Assembly: GCA_030141605.1 (NCBI GenBank)
Contig: JAQGDQ010002250.1
Location: 1-6,410 of the forward strand
Reading direction: 5' to 3'
Origin: Tubiluchus corallicola
Taxonomy: Eukaryota; Animalia; Priapulida
DNA length: 6,410 bases
In this document: in pieces, positions 1 to 6,410 of the stretch
Numbering within the stretch: position 1 is the first letter of the stretch
Layout: every line of letters starts with the position of its first letter
The notes under the pieces: generated by a model
The model's input: only the letters and a program-made list of their open reading frames with translations
The model's database searches: none
Told to the model about the DNA's origin: nothing
Position numbers and translations under genes: made by a program

Positions 1-23
1 CATCATTCGGACCCTTTCCCACA

Positions 24-1204
24 ATGGAAGTCAGCAAGTTGAAAGAGCTTGGCAAAAGTATGGGTTTGACTGGCAAAGATCTCTCCCAATTCATCAGTCA
101 GCAGCAGGAAATATGTCGTGATGAAGGGGCAAAAGAATGTGAGCAATCAAAAAGAATGGCAGAATTGGAGGTTCAAAAATTACAGGAGTTAAATAAGGAG
201 AAGGAAATTAAAAGCCAAGAGCGTCTGAAAAGAATGCAATTGGAAAACGAAGCTCATGTGAAACAGATGGAATTAGACAATGATCTATAAAGGAAATAGA
301 CTTAGAAGTACGGAAATCGCAAAATGGTCGGCAGGTGGCAGGTGCTGTGGGTAGGCGCACTAAATTTGAGACTCAAAGGGCACCGTTGCCAAAGTTTGGG
401 GGCAGCCTAGTTGAATATTACCCATTTAAAGAATGTAAAGAAACGGTCGAAAAACTAGAAGCTATATTATATAGAGTGCTGATGGCCCGAAAGAGTGGAT
501 TATTGGTGAGACTGACCTTGACAGTGCATGGAAGGCGTTGGATGCAAAATACGGTGACCCAGTTCAGATTTCTGCAGCTATAGTATCACATATTCGAAAT
601 TTCTCATCTTTGAATGAACACGATCCTCTCATCTCACAGCTGTATTTATTTTTGAAAAAAGCCAGGCTAATTCTGACAAAACTAGAAAAGGCAAACGACT
701 TTGACAACTCGACAATGCTCAGATTTATTGAAAACAAGTTACACCTGTCTGATCGCTTACGTTGGGCAGAGATTCAGTGCAGAGATAAATTAGAATCAAC
801 GTTGGGAAATTTCGTGCAGTTTCTCGGCAACTAAGTTTGGATATACGAAAGAGCTCAAGGCGCCGCTAAAAAGCTAAGGAAGCCTGCCGTGCATGCCACC
901 TGAGAAGGGGATGTAGTAACTGAAGCTCATGAATCACAGGTCTACATCGCCAAACATCAGTGCCTACCCCCCCCCCCAAGGGCTATTAATTTATTGTGCT
1001 GGTTTTGCAAAGGCTCCCACAAAATTGTAGACTGTGAACAGTTTAAAAGTTTAACCCCTGATCAACGATTAGATAAAGTAAGGAAAACCAGAATCTGTTT
1101 TTTCTGTCTTAGACCCCATCGATTTACCCTACTTCCTGAAGAAGTGCACTAAAAGAGATGCAGAAGGAAATGAGTGCCAGTACAGCCATCATGAATCACT
1201 TCAC
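24..1204 (+). pseudogene. gag: BEL/Pao gag remnant (coiled-coil N-terminus, DUF1759-like core, three zinc knuckles)
   Basis: ATG at 24 and an E/K/Q-rich helical N-terminus. Frameshift near 287 into ...LPKFGGSLVEYYPFKE, then near 470 into ...DSAWKALDAKYGDP. In-frame stops TAA 832 and TGA 901. Knuckle 1 is CWFCKGSHKIVDC (997-1035, CX2CX3HX4C). Knuckle 2 is CFFCLRPH (1096-1119), with its last Cys lost at a frameshift. Knuckle 3 is C..CQYSHHESLH (1145-1204). Confidence 0.88.
967..977 (+). repeat. C11 homopolymer in gag (reads as poly-Pro, frame preserved)
   Basis: 11 consecutive C. Frame 1 continues through it to the first zinc knuckle. Confidence 0.8.
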
Positions 1205-1273
1205 GGTGCAAAATTCGATAAAACCCAAAGTGGTACAACCTGCACAAAAATTGGTTCTGACCTAGCATGCAAA

Positions 1274-1499
1274 TTGCTTCCTACATGCGCTGTCATCGCA
1301 GAAAATTCAAACAATCGAAAAAAGGAAAAAACTAATGTTTTTTTGACGTTGTAAGCGAAATTTCGTTAATTACTCACAAATTAGCACGGACGCTGGATCT
1401 AGTGAGTGAACTGACTCAAATAATTATATGTCCTGTAGGAAATGAGGAATATGAATACAGTACCATGAAGTATGAGCTCACAGTGAAAGGGCTATTACC
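1274..1499 (+). pseudogene. pol: Pol aspartic protease, N-terminal part (interrupted by DNA element)
   Basis: LLPTCAVIAEN...KTNVF, then a one-base frameshift in the T7 run at 1338-1344, then FDVVSEISLITHKLARTLDL...YELTVKGLL. This matches the BEL/Pao 'LLPT..V...LDSGS..SFI...A..L.L' pattern, with D-x-G degraded to D-V-V. Confidence 0.8.
1491..1499 (+). repeat. Target site duplication GCTATTACC (left copy; right copy 2816-2824)
   Basis: Identical 9-mers abut both TIRs. An alternative parse is 24-bp TIRs (1499/2816) with a 7-bp TSD CTATTAC. Confidence 0.9.
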
Positions 1500-1522
1500 C
1501 AGGGCACTTTATTTATGACTTT
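1500..1522 (+). repeat. Left terminal inverted repeat of 1316-bp element
   Basis: 23/23 inverted match to 2793-2815. Confidence 0.95.
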
Positions 1523-1588
1523 AGTCATAAATTGCATAAATAGCTTATTTAATACTAATTTCAGATTTTATTTATGACTATTTATGAC
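1510..1588 (+). repeat. Left subterminal TATTTATGAC motif cluster
   Basis: Copies at 1510, 1569 and 1579 (+), plus an inverted 9/10 copy at 1524-1533 forming a 10-bp inverted repeat (1511-1520 / 1523-1532). Confidence 0.85.
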
Positions 1589-2215
1589 GTGTCAAATTTT
1601 GACCAAAAATGCCATCCTGAGCTAAAAGAAATACATATTTTTAATCAGAATCTTGTATTTTGCCTTTCTTCGTTCTTCATTACATTAAAATGTAATAAAA
1701 ATGTCTACTTTCATCATTCCAAGGCCTGAAGTTTCTCGTATTGTTTTGCATGCAGGCATCCCTCCAGACTGAAATCCGTGATCGTGTTTATAATAATTAT
1801 AGTATCGGTTTTAATTTGTTTAGGATGACCTATAAAATTACTGCTCATAAAAATCAATCTATTAATTAATTCGTACAGTCACAATTCGTAGCCACAATTA
1901 GTACAAGTAAATAATGTATTTTTTTAAATATCGATTTTAAATTTAATGTTGGAAAATACTATTGGCTATTACATCTTTCTAGGGAACCGTCACGTATGTT
2001 TTCTAATTAAAATTACATTAAGCAAAATAACTAAACAAGAAAAACAGTTAAATTTTAATGACAATGAAGCAACAAATTCTCCCAAAGATAAAATATGCTC
2101 AAATTCTAGCAGACGGCATTATTCTTATTTCTTGAGGATGAGGCAGTAAGGCACGGGAAACGCTTGCGGCAAACTCGAGCTAAAACCTACACCCAAGCCA
2201 TTGACTTACGCCGCT

Positions 2216-2311
2216 TAGGGGTAAGCATCGAAGTTCGGTTCGATTCGAATTCGAAAGTCACAAATTCGGTTCGATTCGAATTCGCTTTCTGGTAGAGAAT
2301 GCTCACCCCTA
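2216..2311. mobile_element. 96-bp hAT-type MITE nested within the 1316-bp element
   Basis: TAGGGGTAAGCAT (2216-2228) and ATGCTCACCCCTA (2299-2311) match 12/13 as inverted repeats. The perfect 8-bp TSD ACGCCGCT lies at 2208-2215 and 2312-2319. TAGGG ends with an 8-bp TSD are hAT hallmarks. Confidence 0.9.
2234..2284 (+). repeat. Two identical 20-bp direct repeats TTCGGTTCGATTCGAATTCG (2234-2253, 2265-2284)
   Basis: Directly visible, 31-bp period, built of TTCGR pentamers. Overlaps the 12-bp palindrome TTCGAATTCGAA (2244-2255). Confidence 0.92.
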
Positions 2312-2638
2312 ACGCCGCTAGGATGAGAAAGGCACTGAAATGAACGTGCAAAGAAAAGAATTAGAAGTGTAGATTTCTGTTATTGTGCAGAGCGTAGGTT
2401 TGAGGCGGCAGAACTTTAGGACATTAAAATAGGTAAGCTGTCTTTAATTCAAATTTTCGATGGAACGACAACGATTCTGTCGGTGCCTATTTATTTTTTC
2501 GCGGTAACGCGCTCATTTACTTTTTATTATTTAGGTTGCTTCTAGACGAGTTAATGACAGATAAACGCATCAGTTAGACAGTCTCAGTTACTGTGTTAGT
2601 CCACCAAACAGTCACGCGCAAGCTTCTTATGGACTGCC

Positions 2639-2669
2639 TGTGTGTGTGGGAGAGAGAGAGAGAGAGAGA
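2639..2669 (+). repeat. Compound microsatellite (TG)5-G-(GA)10
   Basis: tgtgtgtgtg at 2639-2648 and (GA)10 at 2650-2669, inside the DNA element. Confidence 0.9.
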
Positions 2670-2737
2670 CGGTGGAAACAGTTTTCTGTACTGAATTTTT
2701 TGTTCCATTCATCGGGAAATGATTATTTTTCTTTCGT

Positions 2738-2805
2738 TATTTATGACAAATTTGAAATCTTATTTATGACTATTTATGACTATTTTGCAAGAAAAGTCAT
2801 AAATA
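2738..2805 (+). repeat. Right subterminal TATTTATGAC motif cluster
   Basis: Copies at 2738, 2761 and 2771 (+), and an inverted copy at 2796-2805 inside the TIR. Confidence 0.85.
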
Positions 2806-2815
2806 AAGTGCCCTG
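2793..2815 (-). repeat. Right terminal inverted repeat of 1316-bp element
   Basis: 23/23 inverted match to 1500-1522. Confidence 0.95.
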
Positions 2816-3236
2816 GCTATTACCTGACAACAAGAGATACAGAATTAAAGCCATTGCTTTACCCAAATTGAGCAAAGATGTTGAGTTCATAGACCTGACA
2901 TGGCATGCCAAAAAATTAAATACTGACACAGAAATTGAATGAGAAGCCGGCCCAGTGGATATTCTGATTGGAATCGACCTGTTGATTTTCATGCTGGTGA
3001 AACAAAAACTTATAAGGAATTTGGACGTCGATTCACAAATATTGGACCTGTGGTATTTGGGCTGGTTGGTGCTGCTGATTGTGAACCAATGCACAAAAAT
3101 TGAACTACAGCAGCCAGACAATTCTCACCAGGTTGCTGCAAATATAATTATGAACCCCCCGGACTTAGCAGAATTTTGGAGCACAGAAAGTTTGGGCGTG
3201 GCACTGAATAATTGCTGCATGAAAAGAAAGTTCTGA
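2816..3236 (+). pseudogene. pol: Pol aspartic protease C-terminal part and PR-RT linker
   Basis: Continues the frame from 1499 after removing the insertion: (GLL)PDNKRYRIKAIALPKL...EIE*EAGPVDILIGID. A frameshift follows into DFHAGETK...TNIGPVVFG, then DLAEFWSTESLG. Confidence 0.8.
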
Positions 3237-3301
3237 CAGCTCAGGAAAACTTGGAAACTGAAAAGTTGTAAAAATCAGCTAATAAAATTAAAAACCATTG
3301 G

Positions 3302-4140
3302 ATGTTTGCATTGCCATGGAAACGTGACCCCTATGAACTCCCTAATAATGAAAAACAAGCATTAAGCCAGATGATCAGGACGGAAAATAGACTTCTCAGG
3401 GATGCCAACCACCTGGAACACGTTGAACAATACAAGGATCAAATGAAAGAGTTACTGGAGTATGGTTATGCACGAAGTCTGACCAAAGAAGAGTTACAAT
3501 AGAAAATTATGATGGCCCAGTATTCTACATAACGCATCATCCAGCGTATAATCCAGAAAAACCATCAGGACCTTGTCGAGTTGTCTGGAATTCGGCGTTT
3601 AGCTACAAGGGTTATATTACGAACTCGTTTCTTTGCAAGTGTGGTGACCACTTGTTGCAGCTAGTAGGGGTGTAGGTTCGCTGGCGTGAATTTGTTTTGG
3701 TATACTTTGGAGACATGTTTCGCATGTATCATCAGGTTCTAACCACACTGCCAGTGGATCATCAAACTCACCGTTACCTATACCGAGAGTTTGATCAAAC
3801 CATGGAGCCCAAAGCATACGTGAAACAAGTGTTGACCTTTGGTGACATTTCGTCATCTGCTATTGCAAATTTGGCTATGCAGATGACAGCAGAAATATTT
3901 CAAGGGAAATACTCAGAGTCAGCGAATGTAATACTTCAAAATTGTTATATGGATGACATTGCAGACTCTGCGCCACCGTCTCTGGATCTGACCAAATGAC
4001 TAGCTGAGCTGGATGAAATTCTAGAAAGCGGCCATTTTCGTATAAAAGAATGGGCAACCAACTGTAATGCAGAAGTATTAAGTGATGAGCCACTAAAGAT
4101 TTTAGGGACTACATGGTATCCAAAAACAGACGCTATCGGA
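3302..4140 (+). pseudogene. pol: Pol reverse transcriptase domain (disrupted)
   Basis: LPWK..LPNN..A, YDGPVFYITHHPAYNPEKPSGPCRVVWNSA, frameshift near 3617, TAG 3673, GDMFRMYHQV, HRYLYR, VLTFGD, NCYMDD (YMDD 3946-3957), TGA 3997, GHFRIKEWATN, KILGTTW. Confidence 0.93.
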
Positions 4141-4208
4141 ATCTCCATAAGGACACCTAAAACATTGAAAGTTGACCTACTTGAGCTCACCGACACAAAT
4201 TTCCACTT

Positions 4209-4830
4209 ACAAAGCGCATTGCATCAAGTGCCTTAGGCAGTGCCTTTGATAATTTTGGCCTGGGCGCACAAGTTATCATTTGAGGAAAAATCTTAATGCA
4301 GAAAATGTGGTTGGCCAAACAATTGGATTGGGATGACGTTGTCACAGATGACTTAAAAAAGTAATGGTGTGAGTGGTTCAAGGACTTTTTCCGAGATGCC
4401 TCACACCCACCTAAAAAAAGGAAACCCATCTTTAGTCACGTTTTGTGATGCAAGCCGAGACGCATTTAGTGCAGTTTGCTATGTACGCTGGGCTTTGCAA
4501 AATGGGGAATTTGCAGTCTGTCTTGCAGTCCTGGCCAAAAGCCGAGTAACGCCATTGCGTGAGCTAAGCCTACCCAAACTTGAGCTTCATCTGCTATCAT
4601 TGCTAGTTGTCTTGCTCACACAATCCTGGAGGAGTCAAGGTTTGAATTCAACAGTGTTTATCAATTCACGGTTTTCAAGATTACTCTAGCAAGGATTCGA
4701 AATGAATCAAAGCTATTTATGCCTTTTGTCATTACCCGGGTTGGAGAGATTCAAATCAAAACCAATCGTAAAAACTGACATCATATTCCCTCGCATGAGA
4801 AAGTTGCTGAAGAGTTAACTCATGGACTAA
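4209..4830 (+). pseudogene. pol: Pol RNase H / Pao 'Peptidase_A17' region (disrupted)
   Basis: TKRIASS..FDNFGL...GKILMQKMW...LDWDD (stops 4281, 4362), LVTFCDAS (FCDAS 4441-4455), AVCYVRW, AKSRVTP..SLPKLEL, FTVFKITL (expected FTDS), FVITRVGEIQ...N*HHIPS..VAE (expected W and NPAD; TGA 4776). Confidence 0.88.
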
Positions 4831-5281
4831 AGTTTGAAGAAATCAAAGAGTGCTTTGAAAATCACCCTGCATTTCTCTACTACCGAATGGAAGAATGGCC
4901 AGTATCACAACCGCCAGATAGCAAAAACATTTGCCTGAAGCCAGAGTTCACATGGTTATGGTTACGGCTACCAAATTAGATCAATTGGAGCAGATTCAGC
5001 CACTGTTAAAATTAATTCAAGTGACTGCGTGGATACTCAGATTTATTAAGAACTGCCATATTAAAACTCAAAGTAGAACACGGACTAGTATAACACGGTG
5101 TATTGCAGAATCCTTATCTGTTACAGAACTCAATACAGCAGAAACGTGTTTAATTAAAATGGCTCAAACAGAACTTGCTGGAAACTACGACACTGATTAC
5201 AAAACACTCAGCCTTTGTTGACAACCAGGGAATCACTCGAGTTGGGGGAAGACGTAAAAATGCGGATTTGAGTTATGAACA

Positions 5282-6387
5282 GTGCCATCCATGCTCTTGC
5301 CTTATGGACACCCCCTATCGAAGTTAATTGTCTTGGATTATCATAGGTATGGACATCCTGGCGTCAACACTACTGCTGCCAAAGTTAGACGCAAATTCTG
5401 GACTACAAAGTTGCCACGACTCGTAAAGACTGTCATGTTTCACTGCTTGTTCTGTCGTAAAATTCGAGGTAAAGTTTGTGAACAGCTGATGGCTGATTTG
5501 CCTGCTTCCAGGTTGAACCCAGCAACACCTTTCTATCGCTCTTCATGTGACGTCTTTGGGCCATATAATGTTAAGCTTACCCGCAATGCCAGAACGAAAT
5601 ATTGGGGTGTGCTATTTACCTGCCTAGCTACGCAGGCTGTCTATGCCGACGTCACACCAGGATATGGCAGCGATGACTTCATAGAAACTCTCCATCGATT
5701 TATTACGATCCGCGGAATGCCTAGTACATGCCTGTCCGATCGTGGCCCACAACTGATAGCAAGTGCCAAGGAGATCACACAGTCGTGCACCACGCATCGT
5801 ATGAAATGGGATTTTGTATGTCCACAAGCAGCTCACCAAAACGGTGTCACTGAATCCCTTATTAAATCTATTAAGAACACACAGAATTTTGCATCAAGGA
5901 AACTGCTTTGCAGCTGTTGGAGTTACAAACTGTTATCTTTGAAGCAGCAAACTTGGTGAATGATCGGCCAATCGGCACCCCTCCTAATGATGCAAATGAC
6001 GGTTTATGCTTAACCCCTAATGATATTTTACTGGGACGTTCAAGCCGTTTCGTGCCGACTGGTCAGTTTGTCATGAATCCAACGTTTCGCCAAAGAGTTG
6101 CACATTGCCAAGAAATTGTCTCCGCATTTTGGCGGAAGTGGTACCGTGACGTTTTCCACACATTAACACTGATGAAAAAATGGTATATCACAAACAGAAA
6201 CTTAGGAGTGGGTGACTACGTACTAGTTTCTGAGCCCAACGCCCTACGAGGTTCTTGGATCAAGCCCAGAATAACCCAGACCTATCCCGGACGTGATACG
6301 AAAGTCAGTGGAATGGGGTATGAGCGGTTAGTAGCGAAAACTGTGTGCCTTCTTCCCATAGAAGAACAGCGGCCTAACCACATTTAA
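5282..6387 (+). pseudogene. pol: Pol integrase (HHCC zinc domain, DDE core, DUF5641-like C-terminus); frameshift near 5880-5910
   Basis: YHRYGHPGVN...KFW...CLFCRK, QLMADLP..RL, D at 5549 (CDVFGP), WGVLFTCL, D at 5738 (SDRG), E at 5852 (NGVTE), then ELQTVIFEAANLVNDRP..LTPNDILLG, FWRKW, VGDYVLV, RITQTYPGRD and YERLVAKTVCLLP. Natural-looking stop at 6385-6387. Confidence 0.93.
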
Positions 6388-6410
6388 AGGAGCATCATTT
6401 GGGCTAGTAT

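Larger units (their letters stand above)
1500..2815. mobile_element. Non-autonomous TIR DNA transposon (1316 bp), 23-bp perfect TIRs, 9-bp TSD; superfamily uncertain (hAT-like ends)
   Basis: Left end CAGGGCACTTTATTTATGACTTT (1500-1522) is the exact reverse complement of AAAGTCATAAATAAAGTGCCCTG (2793-2815). GCTATTACC flanks both sides (1491-1499, 2816-2824). The interior is AT-rich with no transposase ORF. Excision rejoins the protease frame (..VKGLL|PDNK..). Confidence 0.95.
1..6410 (+). mobile_element. Degenerate BEL/Pao-superfamily LTR retrotransposon, internal (gag-pol) region; LTRs not within window
   Basis: Domain order Gag-PR-RT-RH-IN with BEL/Pao-type motifs read across frames: LPKFGG..EYYPFK (386), AWKALDAKYGDP (526), three Cys/His knuckles (997-1204), LLPT..V...NVF/FDVVSEISLIT (1274-1375), GPVDILIGID (2949), FWSTESLG, LPWK...LPNN, YITHH...CRVVWN, GDMFRMYHQV, LTFGD, YMDD (3946), FCDAS (4441), AKSRVTP..LPKLEL, HHCC, DVFGP/SDRG/GVTE, FWRKW..VGDYVLV..RITQTYPGRD. 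True boundaries lie at or beyond the window edges. Confidence 0.95.

Noticed and set aside
1-10. CATCATTCGG at the window start matches CATCATTTGG at 6393-6402 (9/10); possible LTR or direct terminal repeat
   Set aside because: Similarity stops after 10 bp and there is no TG...CA LTR structure. Cannot be distinguished from chance.
1-23. Possible decayed primer-binding site (TCATTCGGACC) upstream of the gag ATG
   Set aside because: Lacks the diagnostic TGG and the adjacent LTR end. Too weak to call.
1338-1344. T7 run as a programmed ribosomal frameshift site
   Set aside because: It lies within the protease catalytic motif, and BEL/Pao elements normally have one gag-pol ORF. A one-base homopolymer deletion explains it.
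1679-1696. ATTACATT-AA-AATGTAAT hairpin, and an imperfect palindrome near 1923-1941
   Set aside because: Short and AT-rich, expected by chance in this composition.
1946-2149. 67-aa ORF inside the DNA element as a transposase or cargo gene
   Set aside because: Short, AT-rich composition, no recognisable motif.
2234-2284. 20-bp repeats as a CRISPR-like array
   Set aside because: Only two units with an 11-bp spacer, in a eukaryotic TE context. Explained as MITE subterminal repeats.
2640-2942. 100-aa ORF as a real chimeric gene
   Set aside because: It starts at a GTG in the microsatellite (ERERER comes from the GA repeat), crosses the TIR and falls into the protease frame by chance. Only 2817-2942 is genuine Pol remnant.
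4511-4530. TTGCAGTC repeated with a 4-bp spacer as an excision footprint of an 8-bp-TSD element
   Set aside because: The protein here seems only about one residue longer than typical, not four, so chance or a small slippage is as likely.
2780-5839. Minus-strand ORFs (2780-3121, 3617-3856, 3875-4093, 3945-4196, 4187-4429, 5624-5839)
   Set aside because: Antisense shadows of the pol remnant with no domain motifs.
6388-6410. Possible polypurine tract and start of the 3' LTR after the pol stop
   Set aside because: The position fits, but the sequence (TTTGGGCTAGTAT) is not a clean purine run and the window ends before any LTR could be verified.

Overview
Eukaryotic, probably animal, repeat DNA with three nested transposable elements. 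(1) The backbone is the internal region of a decayed BEL/Pao-superfamily LTR retrotransposon on the + strand. It was once a single gag-pol frame (coiled-coil N-terminus, DUF1759-like Gag core, three Cys/His knuckles, aspartic protease, RT with YMDD, RNase H/'Peptidase_A17' region, HHCC + DDE integrase, DUF5641-like C-terminus) and is now broken by many stops and frameshifts. Most + strand ORFs in the track are fragments of it. No LTR is visible in the window. (2) A 1316-bp non-autonomous cut-and-paste DNA element (1500-2815) interrupts the protease domain. It has perfect 23-bp TIRs starting CAGGG, a perfect 9-bp target duplication (GCTATTACC) and subterminal TATTTATGAC arrays. Removing it restores the Pol frame exactly. 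(3) Inside that element is a 96-bp hAT-type MITE (2216-2311) with 13-bp TAGGGGT TIRs, an 8-bp TSD (ACGCCGCT) and two identical 20-bp TTCGR-rich repeats. I see no intact gene and cannot support a novel functional system. The most unusual items are the nesting, the hAT-like ends paired with a non-8-bp TSD, a Gag N-terminus resembling Gypsy/Gmr1-type Gags, and a short D(37)E integrase spacing.
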